64,000 bases of DNA from Verrucomicrobiia bacterium (GTDB taxonomy: Bacteria > Verrucomicrobiota > Verrucomicrobiia > Limisphaerales > UBA8199), in the NCBI GenBank assembly GCA_035946615.1, contig DASYZB010000010.1, forward strand, positions 5,235-69,234, given 5' to 3'. The position numbers and the translations under genes are program-made. Below the pieces are notes generated by a model. It ran no database searches. It had not been told where the DNA came from and was given only the letters and a program-made list of their open reading frames with translations. Positions 53,314 to 63,652 of this stretch are shown here, in pieces. Position 1 is the stretch's first letter; every line of letters starts with the position of its first letter.

Positions 53314-55689
53314 ATGTCCAACATCCAAACCGATAGCATGAGCGCTCCGGCGCCACGGAGGCTGATCGATCACAATCATCGTGGACTAACGACCGCCGAG
53401 GCGCTGGCGCGCCAGAAACAATTTGGTCTCAACAGTGTCCAGGAGGAAAGAGCTCATCCGCTGAAGCAATTCATCAAACGGTTCTGGACGCCGATTCCGT
53501 GGCTGCTGGAGGCTACAATTATCATTCAGCTTTTTCTCCATGAGGCATTGGAGGCCGCTGTGATTGGCGGGGTGCTCGTTTTGAATGCGGCATTAAGCAT
53601 GGTCCAGGAAGGCCGCGCGCAAAAGGCTCTGGCGCTGCTGCGCCAGCAACTGCGGGTGCTAGCCCGCGTGCGGCGTGACGGAGCGTGGATCGCTTTGCCA
53701 GCCGAGCAATTGGTGCCGGGGGACACAATTCATCTGCGTCAGGGGACGATTGTGCCAGCCGATGTGAGGCTCGATGAGGGCTCGCTCTTGGTGGATCAAT
53801 CCGCTCTGACGGGCGAGTCTGCGGCTGTAACCGTCGAACCCGGCAAGGGCGCTTATGCGGGGTCCATGGTGCGCGGGGGCGATGCAACCGGTGAAGTCAC
53901 GGCCACGGGGGCGCGCACTTTCTTCGGCAAAACGGCCGAACTGGTGCGCACAGCCGGTTCGGCCAACCGCCAGGAGCACGAGATCGTGGCGGTGGTGAAA
54001 AACCTATTTGTGGTCAATGCCGCCATGGTCGTGCTGGTGCTGGGCTTTGCGCATCATGCCGGGATGACCCTGGGCTTTATTCTCCCGTTGTTGCTTACCA
54101 TTCTGCTCGCCTCGATACCGGTCGCGTTGCCGGCCACCTTCACACTCGCCGCGGCCCTGGGCTCGGTCGAACTCTCCAAACGCGGGGTGCTCATTACACG
54201 GCTCAGCGCCCTGCATGACATTGCATCGATGACGGTGTTGTGCAGCGACAAGACCGGCACGCTGACCCGCAATGAGGCAACCGTCAACGCGCTCTGGCCT
54301 GCCCCTGGTTTCTCAGAAGAGGACCTGTTGCGCGCCGCGGCGCATGCGAGCGATCCGTCAGGCCAGGACCCAGTCGATGGAGCGATCCTCAAGGCTGCCA
54401 CTGCCCATGGCTGGCAGGATGGCGATCTGGAGCGAACGGCTTTCCAGCCGTTTGATCCGGCAACCAAACGGGCGGAGGCCATTTATCGCGTTGAAGGCGT
54501 CATGCGCCGCTTTGTCAAAGGGGCCCCCGCTGTGGTTGCAGAAATGGCCGGGCTGCCTGATGCGCTTTGGCAAGGGGCCGCCCAAAGCATAGTTGAACGG
54601 GGACAACGAGTTTTGGCGGTTGGAGAAGGGAGTTCGAGCGAGTTGCGCCTGGTGGGCCTGCTGGGGCTTGAGGATGCCGTCCGCGCGGATTCGAAGAGCG
54701 TAGTCAGCACAATCCGGGATGGGGGAGTCCGTGTGGTCATGGTGTCGGGTGATAATGCCATCACGGCCCGCAGCGTGGCACAGCAGGTGGGGATTCCGGG
54801 CGGTGTATGTCCGCCCGAAGACCTTCACCCGGACCTGCGGAATGGCGCACTGGATTGCGGCGTGTTTGCGGGGGTTTTCCCGGAGGACAAATTCAAGCTG
54901 GTTCGCGGGTTCCAGCGCCGTGGCGAAGTCGTGGGGATGAGTGGAGACGGGGTGAACGATGCCCCCGCTCTGCGCCAGGCCGAAGCGGGCATAGCGGTCG
55001 CTAATGCGACGGATGTGGCCAAAGCCGCAGCCGCCATGGTGCTCACCAATCCGGGACTGGGGGGAGTAGTGCCGGCCATTGAGACGAGCCGGCGCGTTTT
55101 TCAGCGGATCATCACATACACCCTGAACATGCTGATTAAGAAAATCGAGATGATGGCGCTCCTGGTTATCGGCTTCGTCGTCACAAGACACAAACCGCTC
55201 ACACCCCTGATGATGGTGCTGATTCTGCTTCTCAATGATTTCCTTACGATGTCTCTCTCGACGGACCGCATGGAATACTCACGCCACCCAAACCGGTGGA
55301 ACACACGCGCCATCCTGCTGGCGGCGACTTTTCTTGCGGCCTGCAAGCTCGTTTTCTCGTTAGGTGTATTCCTCTGCGGCTATTACGCGCTTGGATTGGA
55401 TATGCCTTCCCTGCAGACACTGACGTTTGCCACCCTGATCCTCAGCTCACAGGCCGGCGTTTATTTGCTGCGCGAGCGCGCTCATTTCTGGAATTCGGCG
55501 CCGAGCCTCTTCCTTGCCGGCAGCTCCGTATTTGGCCTGATCATGGCGGCGGTTTTCGCGCTAGCCGGCGTTCTCATAAGGCCCGTGAGCCCCTTGCTTC
55601 TGGGGGCGGTAGTCGGGGCGGGTCTTCTCTACTTTAGCGCGCTGGACTGGCCCAAAGTGTGGCTCTTCAAACGGTTGAACCTGCGGTGA
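53314..55689 (+). CDS. P-type ATPase, plasma-membrane H+/Mg-type (type III-like)
   Basis: LCSDKTGTLTRNE, TGES and MSGDGVNDAPAL motifs. The start was chosen at an internal ATG. Confidence 0.85.
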   Translation: MSNIQTDSMSAPAPRRLIDHNHRGLTTAEALARQKQFGLNSVQEERAHPLKQFIKRFWTPIPWLLEATIIIQLFLHEALEAAVIGGVLVLNAALSMVQEGRAQKALALLRQQLRVLARVRRDGAWIALPAEQLVPGDTIHLRQGTIVPADVRLDEGSLLVDQSALTGESAAVTVEPGKGAYAGSMVRGGDATGEVTATGARTFFGKTAELVRTAGSANRQEHEIVAVVKNLFVVNAAMVVLVLGFAHHAGMTLGFILPLLLTILLASIPVALPATFTLAAALGSVELSKRGVLITRLSALHDIASMTVLCSDKTGTLTRNEATVNALWPAPGFSEEDLLRAAAHASDPSGQDPVDGAILKAATAHGWQDGDLERTAFQPFDPATKRAEAIYRVEGVMRRFVKGAPAVVAEMAGLPDALWQGAAQSIVERGQRVLAVGEGSSSELRLVGLLGLEDAVRADSKSVVSTIRDGGVRVVMVSGDNAITARSVAQQVGIPGGVCPPEDLHPDLRNGALDCGVFAGVFPEDKFKLVRGFQRRGEVVGMSGDGVNDAPALRQAEAGIAVANATDVAKAAAAMVLTNPGLGGVVPAIETSRRVFQRIITYTLNMLIKKIEMMALLVIGFVVTRHKPLTPLMMVLILLLNDFLTMSLSTDRMEYSRHPNRWNTRAILLAATFLAACKLVFSLGVFLCGYYALGLDMPSLQTLTFATLILSSQAGVYLLRERAHFWNSAPSLFLAGSSVFGLIMAAVFALAGVLIRPVSPLLLGAVVGAGLLYFSALDWPKVWLFKRLNLR

Positions 55690-55725
55690 ACCGATTTAGC
55701 TGACTAAAGCCAGGCAAGCAATGGC

Positions 55726-56832
55726 CTATCTCAGCCCCACGGCCCGGGCCAATTCGCGGTGAATTTTGCCGACCCGCTCGACCTGTCCCTTGGCGGCGAA
55801 GCGTTCATAGAAACCTTCGCTGCGGAAATCGCGCGCGCGTTCAGACCAAGAGGCCAAGCGCTCGCGCCAGCGCTCGACACGCGCTTCAGCCGGCTCGGCA
55901 TCCTGTGTTGCCAAATCGGCGCAGACACGCAGCAGCGCCTTGAGTGTGACCGGTTTGGTCACCATGTAGTTATCGTTGCCCCAGGCCTCGCCAAAAACCT
56001 GCGACGCTGCTTTCAGGAAATCGCGCGCCATACCATAATACCGCTCGGCAACACGCCGATCGGCGCCTTCCTTTTCCAGTTTTGCCCAAGCCTGTTTGAC
56101 CCAGCGATGGACTTCGTTAAACAACTCGGCCTGGAGAATCCATTTCTCCTGCTTGCTGCGTCCCCCAAGGCGATTAATGCGATAGCGCAGCGGACTGTCG
56201 CTTTCGCTATAAAGCATCTCGACAATCCGCGCCGCAAAGCGCCGGTCCGGTTCGGCCCAGGACACACGCTCATACAAGTCAACCAAATGACTCTTGTTAA
56301 TGCGCGTCGGGGTGGAGTTGATGATGACAAACATCTCAGTGGCAAAGTCATCGCTACGTCCATCGAAAATGACGCACGGGACAAAAATGGATTTGGCTTC
56401 CTCCGGGTGGGTGCGTTCGTAAAACTGCAACGCCGCCAGGCGGTGCTGGCCATCGATGATCAGGAATTTTTCCTCCGGCTCCTGCAGATGGCCGATGGTC
56501 TCCTGGCCATCCAAGGATTGGAAGCGAAGCCGCTGCGGAGTAAATAATAGAACGGTGCCCGGGATCGGCGGTTGCGTGATTGCCGTCTCGTAGAAATTGC
56601 GAATCAGTTTGACCTTCGAACGCGACAGCGACCGTTGGAAGGCCTTTTCGCTCCTCTCGATGCGGGCGATGAATTGTGCCACATCGTCTTCCGGGGCTAT
56701 CTCCTCTGGCCGGATGTCCTCCCCTTCACCGTAAAAGCGGCTGATGAAACGGACTTTGGCCAGCAGCCCTTCCGAAGGATAAGCCGCAAAGTAAAACATC
56801 GCATCCTTCTGTCGAATTTGCGTCGCAATCAT
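55726..56832 (-). CDS. DGQHR-domain protein (DndB-like), solitary
   Basis: Contains FLIIDGQHRLAAL. 368 aa from the internal ATG. Confidence 0.7.
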   Translation of the reverse strand: MIATQIRQKDAMFYFAAYPSEGLLAKVRFISRFYGEGEDIRPEEIAPEDDVAQFIARIERSEKAFQRSLSRSKVKLIRNFYETAITQPPIPGTVLLFTPQRLRFQSLDGQETIGHLQEPEEKFLIIDGQHRLAALQFYERTHPEEAKSIFVPCVIFDGRSDDFATEMFVIINSTPTRINKSHLVDLYERVSWAEPDRRFAARIVEMLYSESDSPLRYRINRLGGRSKQEKWILQAELFNEVHRWVKQAWAKLEKEGADRRVAERYYGMARDFLKAASQVFGEAWGNDNYMVTKPVTLKALLRVCADLATQDAEPAEARVERWRERLASWSERARDFRSEGFYERFAAKGQVERVGKIHRELARAVGLR

Positions 56833-57048
56833 AGTCACCCAGGCCTTTCGTTCGGTTTTGAAACGTCCCTGCCTCTTGTTGGCCAATACGTACACCGCCC
56901 CGGAAACAAAAACAAGGCGGAAGCAAACCGAAAAGCCGCACCCGTTCACCCGTATTCTGTACGTTGAACGTTGAGCATTATTGGCCTTGCAGAAGGCAAC
57001 ATTGTGCCGGAGTGTCTAGCAAAGCGCTTTAACCCAATCTAACGGCTC

Positions 57049-58335
57049 ATGACAGGCCCGGAGCTCTCAACGCAGTTCTTTTTGCAGATGTTCGTCATCC
57101 TGGCGGCATGCAGGCTTGTGGGGCTGTTGGCCCGCCGGCTGGGGCAACCGCAGGTGGTTGGGGAAATGATTGCGGGCGTTTTTCTCGGGCGCTCTCTTTT
57201 GGGCTTCCTTGCTCCCGGGGTGCAACAGAGCCTTTTTCCCAAAGAATCGCTCAAGTTTCTCTACGTGGGCGCCCAACTTGGCGTAGGATTGTATATGTTC
57301 CTCGTCGGCGTCGAGTTTGACACCGCCACATTTCGAAGCCGGGGACGGAGCGCCGCCTGCGTGTCGGCGGCCGGGATGTTTGCTCCCTTTGTATTGGGCG
57401 CGGGATTGGCCATTGCGCTGGTTAAACTGCCGGGGTTGTTTTCAGAAAGAGCAACCTTATTTGAAGCGATGCTTTTCCTCGGAGCCGCTATGTCGATCAC
57501 CGCATTCCCGATGCTGGCTCGCATTATTTATGAGCGCGGGCTGACCGGTTCGGCCCTTGGAACGCTGGCGCTTGCGGCAGGAGCGATTGGCGATGCGGGT
57601 GCTTGGTGTGTTCTGGCCATTGTGCTGGCGAGTTTTGGCGCCGGTCCAATGGTTGCGATTAAGGCGATCCTGGGTGGGACGTTGTATGCGGTATTCATGC
57701 TGACAATAGGCCGGAGGCTGCTGGCTCGGCTCGGCCCTGCCACCGAGGGCGCCGGGCGCATAACACCTGTGGTGCTGGCCATCACTTTGATGCTTTTTAT
57801 GCTGGCGGTCTGGCTCACTGACAGCATTGGCATCCATGCGGTTTTTGGCGGTTTTCTTTTGGGGATAGCGATGCCGCGCGGGTTTTTCGCCCGTGAGCTG
57901 CAACGCCAGCTTGAGCCCTTTGCCGTCGTCTTCCTGCTGCCGATGTTTTTTACATTCTCCGGCTTGAATACGCGGTTGGATATGGTGAACAGCCCGCAGA
58001 TGCTGCTGGTTGCCGGGGTAGTCATCTTGATAGCTTGCCTGGGCAAAGGCGGCGCCTGCTGGGCCGCCGCGCGCCTGAATGGGGAGGACAATCGAACCGC
58101 GCTGGCGGTGGGCACATTGATGAATTCCCGGGGGTTGATGGAGTTGATCATCATTAATATCGGTCTGCAGAAGGGCCTCATCCAGCCCGCCCTTTTTGCG
58201 ATTATGGTCTTGATGGCAATCGTTACAACCTTGATGGCCTCGCCCATGTTCGAATGGGTGTATGGCCGCCACGCCCGCAAGGCCGGCATGCTGGGGGCCA
58301 CCCCTGCCGCACCGGAATTGGAACCAGGCTCTTAG
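57049..58335 (+). CDS. Cation:proton antiporter (CPA2/Kef-type membrane domain)
   Basis: About 12 TM helices. GQPQVVGEMIAGVFLG is typical of the family. Confidence 0.85.
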   Translation: MTGPELSTQFFLQMFVILAACRLVGLLARRLGQPQVVGEMIAGVFLGRSLLGFLAPGVQQSLFPKESLKFLYVGAQLGVGLYMFLVGVEFDTATFRSRGRSAACVSAAGMFAPFVLGAGLAIALVKLPGLFSERATLFEAMLFLGAAMSITAFPMLARIIYERGLTGSALGTLALAAGAIGDAGAWCVLAIVLASFGAGPMVAIKAILGGTLYAVFMLTIGRRLLARLGPATEGAGRITPVVLAITLMLFMLAVWLTDSIGIHAVFGGFLLGIAMPRGFFARELQRQLEPFAVVFLLPMFFTFSGLNTRLDMVNSPQMLLVAGVVILIACLGKGGACWAAARLNGEDNRTALAVGTLMNSRGLMELIIINIGLQKGLIQPALFAIMVLMAIVTTLMASPMFEWVYGRHARKAGMLGATPAAPELEPGS

Positions 58336-58352
58336 CCGGCACCATTCAGAAA

Positions 58353-58507
58353 GAAACAGGAGGAAACGGAGAGAACAGAGGCTTTGAAGCACTTTGTGAG
58401 CAATGGTGGCACAAACAGCGCCTCACCATTTAGTCAGCAGCCACAAGGATGCAAGATATAGTTTGGCTTCGTGTTCACACCAATGTTTTCTCTGTTATCT
58501 CCTGTTC
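58353..58507. repeat. Intergenic element with imperfect purine-rich inverted repeats
   Basis: GAAACAGGAGGAAACGGAGAGAACAG pairs with TCTCTGTTATCTCCTGTTC about 105 bp apart. Confidence 0.35.
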
Positions 58508-58578
58508 AAACTGACTCGTTGCGGCTTAGCCGCGCGAATCGAGTTGAATTTCAACCTTTTCGCCCGCAATCTGCCCGC

Positions 58579-59127
58579 ATGCAATCTGTTTTTAGCGGTC
58601 CGGTTTATGTAGTGCGCGACAACATCGATACCGATCAGATCATCCCGGCGCAGTACCTGAACCTCATTCCAACCATTCCCGAGGAATACGAGAAGCTGGG
58701 CGCGTACGCCTTGTGCGGCTTACCCGAGTCGCTCTATCCAGTGCGTTATGTTAAAGAGGGCGCGCTGGACAGCGAATACCCCATTGTCGTGGGGGGACGC
58801 AACTTCGGCTGCGGCAGTTCGCGCGAGCACGCCCCGATTGCCCTTGGCTCAGCCGGTTGCAAAGTCGTATTGGCGGAGAGCTTCGCGCGCATCTTCTTCC
58901 GCAATTCGGTCGCCACAGGCGAGCTGTATCCGTGCGAATGCGTGGACCGTCTCTGTGAGGTGCTCCACAACGGGGATGTCGTTACGGTGAACCTCGATGC
59001 GTGTACCGTCACTGCAAATAAGACCAACAAATCTTACAAATTCAAACCGCTGGGAGACGTGCGGCCAGTTGTCGATGCGGGGGGGCTGTTCAATTACGCG
59101 CGCAAAACCGGAATGATCGCCACATAG
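58579..59127 (+). CDS. leuD: 3-isopropylmalate/homoaconitate dehydratase small subunit (LeuD type 2-like)
   Basis: DNIDTDQIIPAQYL and GGRNFGCGSSREHAP motifs. No large-subunit gene lies nearby. Confidence 0.8.
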   Translation: MQSVFSGPVYVVRDNIDTDQIIPAQYLNLIPTIPEEYEKLGAYALCGLPESLYPVRYVKEGALDSEYPIVVGGRNFGCGSSREHAPIALGSAGCKVVLAESFARIFFRNSVATGELYPCECVDRLCEVLHNGDVVTVNLDACTVTANKTNKSYKFKPLGDVRPVVDAGGLFNYARKTGMIAT

Positions 59128-59136
59128 GCGGACAAG

Positions 59137-59544
59137 ATGCTCACACCTAAGCAACTGAAATTGGCTCAGAAATCTGCCGCCGAACAGCGGCAGGTCATTA
59201 AAGAGCTGAACGCGTTGGCAACAGACATTGAACGCAGCGAAAAAACAGTGACCCAGCTTCGCGGCGAGTTGGAGGCGCTGAATGTGAAATTCCAGGGCCC
59301 CCGGACGACTCGCGACGATATCGGATACCTCAGCGGTTTGCTCGATTGCGCAAAAAAGAAACTCGCCTGGGAAAAGCAGATGGCCAGCCTGCAAAAGCGC
59401 GCGCCCGCTATCCTTGAACGAGTATCAAAGGTCATCGATGATGCGCTCGCCCCGCCTCCGGACGAGGTCCGGGCCGAGTTGCTCCGCGGATTGCAGGCGA
59501 TACAGGCTGCCATGGAACGGCTGCAAAATCTGAAGCCGGCCTGA
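59137..59544 (+). CDS. Hypothetical coiled-coil protein
   Basis: 135 aa, helical and heptad-rich. Confidence 0.5.
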   Translation: MLTPKQLKLAQKSAAEQRQVIKELNALATDIERSEKTVTQLRGELEALNVKFQGPRTTRDDIGYLSGLLDCAKKKLAWEKQMASLQKRAPAILERVSKVIDDALAPPPDEVRAELLRGLQAIQAAMERLQNLKPA

Positions 59545-59547
59545 GCC

Positions 59548-60948
59548 ATGAGCCCCGTGGGCAGAGGTGTCGATTACGACGTTGCCGTCATTGGCGGCGG
59601 CAGCGCAGGTTACGCGGCCGCCCGCATCGCGAGCGACACGGGTCTGAAAACGGCCATCATCGAAGGGGGCGAAGAAGTTGGCGGGCTATGCATTCTGCGC
59701 GGTTGTATGCCCACCAAGGCCCTGCTCTACGCAGCCGAGGTCATGCATCGAGTCAGCCATCCTGAGCCCTGGGGCATTCACGTTGAAGACATCGGCTTCA
59801 ACTTAGCCCAGGTCATGGCTCGAAAAAATGCGTTAATCAAAGACTTCGCCGATTACCGCGAGAAGCAGCTTCGGAATGGTGATTTTGAGTTCATTCGGGC
59901 CATGGCTCGCTTCGAAGACCCCCACACATTGCAACTCAGCGCGGGGAAAAAACTCTCGGCAAGGTCTTTTGTCATTTCGACCGGTTCGCGCATCGCGCCC
60001 AGTCCTCTGGCTCAACTCGATGAGCTGGATTGCTTAAATAGCGATACGGCGCTCAAACTCACGCGCCTGCCCAAGTCCCTCATCGTGCTGGGCGGGGGCG
60101 CCGTAGGAGTCGAGTTTGCCCAGTTTTTCGCCCGATTTGGTGTTCGTGTGACGCTCATCCAGCGCAGCCCGCACGTGTTGCACGAATTCGACGAGGATGC
60201 CACAGAGGTCTTGGAAAATGTTTTTCAGCGTGAAGGCATAACAATTTACGCTGGCACAAAGCTGCTCAATGCCCGCCGTACCGGTTCGCAAAAGGAAATC
60301 ACTTTCGAGCACAAAGGCGAGCGGGTTCGGGTCCATGCCGAGGAGGTTTTCTATGCATTAGGCCGCCTGCCAAACCTGGGCGGCCTCGGGCTGGATAAGA
60401 TAGGGGCCCAGGTCCAGTACGAACGAATTGTCACCGATGCCTCGATGCAGACTTCCCTGCCCCATGTCTATGCCGCAGGCGACTGCACCGGCCTTTACGA
60501 AATCGTTCATATCGCCGTTCAGCAAGGCGAGATTGCGGGCCACAACATCGCGCATCCGGAAGCCAAGAAACAAATGGATTACCGCCTGCGCACCGAAGTC
60601 ATCTTTACCGAGCCGCAAATCGCGGCCGTGGGCCTGACGGAAAAGAAAGCGCACGTGCTCAACATCCCGTATGCCGTGGCGAAATATCCGTTCAATGACC
60701 ATGGCAAATCATTGATCATGGGGGCTACGGACGGTTTCGTGAAACTTCTGGCCGAACCCATGACCGGTGAAATCCTGGGTGGCTGTTGCGTTGGGCCGGT
60801 TGGCGGCGAACTTATCCATGAAATCATTGCCGCAATGAGCAAGCGCATGACCGTGCATGAATTGGCCGCTATGCCGCACTATCACCCTACCCTGGCAGAA
60901 ATCTGGACTTATCCGGCCGAAGAGCTCGTGGCGGAGATTCGTGCGTGA
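59548..60948 (+). CDS. Class I pyridine nucleotide-disulfide oxidoreductase (dihydrolipoyl dehydrogenase/mercuric reductase-like)
   Basis: GGGSAGYAAA FAD site, redox CILRGCMPTK, and a C-terminal dimerisation domain with HPTLAE. Confidence 0.75.
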   Translation: MSPVGRGVDYDVAVIGGGSAGYAAARIASDTGLKTAIIEGGEEVGGLCILRGCMPTKALLYAAEVMHRVSHPEPWGIHVEDIGFNLAQVMARKNALIKDFADYREKQLRNGDFEFIRAMARFEDPHTLQLSAGKKLSARSFVISTGSRIAPSPLAQLDELDCLNSDTALKLTRLPKSLIVLGGGAVGVEFAQFFARFGVRVTLIQRSPHVLHEFDEDATEVLENVFQREGITIYAGTKLLNARRTGSQKEITFEHKGERVRVHAEEVFYALGRLPNLGGLGLDKIGAQVQYERIVTDASMQTSLPHVYAAGDCTGLYEIVHIAVQQGEIAGHNIAHPEAKKQMDYRLRTEVIFTEPQIAAVGLTEKKAHVLNIPYAVAKYPFNDHGKSLIMGATDGFVKLLAEPMTGEILGGCCVGPVGGELIHEIIAAMSKRMTVHELAAMPHYHPTLAEIWTYPAEELVAEIRA

Positions 60949-62345
60949 ACGGGGTTATGCCTCTTTCCACAACCCTTTTAACGGACCTGCGCCGGCTGCT
61001 TGGGGCTGGCAACGTCCTGACCGAGCAGGAAGACCTCATCCCATACTCCTTTGATGCTACTGCGGCGCTGAGGCAGATGCCCGGGTCCGTTGTTTTTGCG
61101 CAAACCACTGGCCAGGTCTCAGCGATTCTCAAGCTGGCAAATCAGGGCCGGATACCCGTCGTGACGCGCGGTTCGGGGACCGGTCTGAGCGGTGGCAGCA
61201 TTCCCGTACCGGATTGCCTGGTGCTGTGCCTGGCCAAAATGGACGGCGTTCTCGAGTTGGACCGCGCCAATCTCACCTTGCTGGCTGAGGCGGGCGCCAC
61301 CACCCAAGCAGTTTCCGATACCGCTGCCGCCGCCGGGCTTTTTTATCCGCCTGATCCTGGTTCGATGACAATCTCCACAATCGGCGGCAACGTGGCGGAA
61401 AACTCGGGCGGTCTGCGCGGCCTGAAATACGGCGTTACCCGCAATTATGTGATGGGCCTTGAAGTGGTTTTGCCCGATGGCGAGGTCCTTTGGACGGGCA
61501 ACAAATGCGTGAAGGATGTCGCCGGTTATTCCATCAAAGACCTCTTCATCGGGTCGGAAGGGACACTCGGCGTCATCACCAAGGTGCTGCTCAAGTTAAT
61601 CCCCAAGCCCGCCGCCAAGAAAACCCTCGTCGCCACTTTTGCACAGATGGATCAGGCGGCCCAGGCTGTTTCGGATATCATCGCAGCGCACATTATCCCC
61701 TGTACGCTCGAGTTTTTGGACCGTACCACAATTCAATGCGTGGAGGAGTTCGCAAAAATTGGCCTGCCCCTGGACTGCGAAGCGCTATTGCTGATGGAAA
61801 CGGACGGGCACCCAGGTCCGGTCGCCGAAGAAGCGGCACGAATGGAGGCCCTGGCCCGCAAGAACGGGGCCGCCGACGTGCGGGCCGCCAAAGACGAAGC
61901 GGAAGCCGCCCGCCTGGCCAGCGCCCGGCGCAGCGCCTTCTCTGCGCTCGCGCGGGTTGCCCCAACCACCATCCTCGAAGACGCCACCGTACCCCGAAGC
62001 CAATTAGCGAACATGATCCGATTCGTTGAGGAGGTCGCAAAAAAATATCGCCTGCGCATCGGCGCTTTCGGCCACATGGGCGATGGCAATCTTCATCCCA
62101 CCTTCCTGACCGACGAACGCAACCACGAGGAGATGCATCGCGTCGAGGTCGCCTTCAAAGAGATTTTCGCCGAGGCCGTCCGGCTGGGCGGCACGATAAC
62201 CGGCGAGCACGGCGTTGGCCTTGCCAAAAAATCGTTCCTGCCGGCATTCGCCGGCGATGCTCCAATGCGCGTCATGCGCGAGTTCCGCCGTGCGCTGGAC
62301 CCAAAGGGGATTCTGAATCCCGGGAAGATGTTTGATGTTCTATGA
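60945..62345 (+). CDS. glcD: FAD-linked oxidase, glycolate oxidase subunit GlcD-like
   Basis: FAD-binding PCMH domain (PVVTRGSGTGLSGGS) and a C-terminal GEHGVGLAK motif. Confidence 0.85.
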   Translation: MNGVMPLSTTLLTDLRRLLGAGNVLTEQEDLIPYSFDATAALRQMPGSVVFAQTTGQVSAILKLANQGRIPVVTRGSGTGLSGGSIPVPDCLVLCLAKMDGVLELDRANLTLLAEAGATTQAVSDTAAAAGLFYPPDPGSMTISTIGGNVAENSGGLRGLKYGVTRNYVMGLEVVLPDGEVLWTGNKCVKDVAGYSIKDLFIGSEGTLGVITKVLLKLIPKPAAKKTLVATFAQMDQAAQAVSDIIAAHIIPCTLEFLDRTTIQCVEEFAKIGLPLDCEALLLMETDGHPGPVAEEAARMEALARKNGAADVRAAKDEAEAARLASARRSAFSALARVAPTTILEDATVPRSQLANMIRFVEEVAKKYRLRIGAFGHMGDGNLHPTFLTDERNHEEMHRVEVAFKEIFAEAVRLGGTITGEHGVGLAKKSFLPAFAGDAPMRVMREFRRALDPKGILNPGKMFDVL

Positions 62346-63652
62346 GTCCATCGGCGTCTCACCTCAAGAACCTCGATTATTCCGTCCTGCAACAATGCAT
62401 GCACTGCGGGCTTTGCCTGCCCGTCTGCCCCACCTACGACGCAACCAAAATCGAGCGGCATAGCCCGCGTGGACGCATTTCCCTGATGCGGGCGGTGGCC
62501 GATGATCGCATGGCCATGAGCCGGACCTTCGCCGACGAGATGTATTTCTGCCTTGGCTGCCTGGCTTGCATGAGCGCCTGCCCTGCCGGTGTGAATTACG
62601 CCGAGCTGTTCGAGCACGCCCGCGCTGAGGCCGAGAACAGTGGCGCGCTCAAATCGCCTCAACGCAACTTCATCCGCGCTTTCACCCTCCGCTGGCTTTT
62701 CATGGACCTAACCCGGCTGCAACTGGCTGGCCGCGCGTTGGGCCTGTATCAGCAACTCGGCTTTCAGGCGTTGCTACGGAGTAGCGGGATTTTGAAATTG
62801 CTCCCGAAACGATTGCGCGAGCTCGAGTCAATGATGCCCGCGATTCAACCGCACGTCTCGGCCGACCTCATCGCGCCCGTGACGCCCGCTCTTGGACAGA
62901 AGAAATACCGCGTAGCGATGCTGATTGGCTGCGCGCAGGATTTGATCTTCAGCGATATCAATCAGGACACTGTCGAGGTCCTCGCGGGCAACGGCTGCGA
63001 AGTCGTCACACCTCCGGAGCAGTCTTGCTGTGGGTCACTTCATGCCCATAACGGAGAATGGGAGTTGGCCCGGCAGTTGGCCCGCAAGCAAATCGATCAG
63101 TTCCCGCCTGAGCAGTATGACGCCATCATCAGCAACGCCGGTGGATGCGGCTCGCATCTCAAGCACTTCCACAGCCTGCTGGCGGATGATCCCCTTTACC
63201 GGGAGCGCGCCAGCCTTTGGGACCACAAGCTTAAGGACATCCACGAATGGCTGGTTGAGATTGGCGTTCGCAAGCCTGTTAACCCGCTTCCAAAGCAGAT
63301 TGTCACCTATCACGAGTCCTGCCACCTGGCGCATGGACAGCAGATCACCTCTCAACCCCGGAGACTTCTCGGCTTCATTCCGGGCCTCGAACTGGTTGAT
63401 TTGCCTGAGAGCGCCTGGTGCTGCGGCAGCGCCGGGATTTACAATCTGATTCAGCCCCAAATGGCCAATGACCTCCTCGAACGCAAACTCAACCACATTG
63501 AATCCACGGGCGCCGGCATCGTCGCCACCGCGAACCCGGGCTGCCTGTTGCAACTTATCAATGGAGCAAAGGCGCGCGGATTAGGCCTGCGCGTGGCGCA
63601 TCCTGTCTCGCTGCTGGCTGAGGCCTACCGCCTCGAAACTCAAGAGCCATGA
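62342..63652 (+). CDS. glcF: (Fe-S)-binding protein, GlcF-like
   Basis: Two CxxCxxCxxxCP ferredoxin motifs and two CCG domains. It overlaps glcD as ATGA. Confidence 0.8.
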   Translation: MSPSASHLKNLDYSVLQQCMHCGLCLPVCPTYDATKIERHSPRGRISLMRAVADDRMAMSRTFADEMYFCLGCLACMSACPAGVNYAELFEHARAEAENSGALKSPQRNFIRAFTLRWLFMDLTRLQLAGRALGLYQQLGFQALLRSSGILKLLPKRLRELESMMPAIQPHVSADLIAPVTPALGQKKYRVAMLIGCAQDLIFSDINQDTVEVLAGNGCEVVTPPEQSCCGSLHAHNGEWELARQLARKQIDQFPPEQYDAIISNAGGCGSHLKHFHSLLADDPLYRERASLWDHKLKDIHEWLVEIGVRKPVNPLPKQIVTYHESCHLAHGQQITSQPRRLLGFIPGLELVDLPESAWCCGSAGIYNLIQPQMANDLLERKLNHIESTGAGIVATANPGCLLQLINGAKARGLGLRVAHPVSLLAEAYRLETQEP

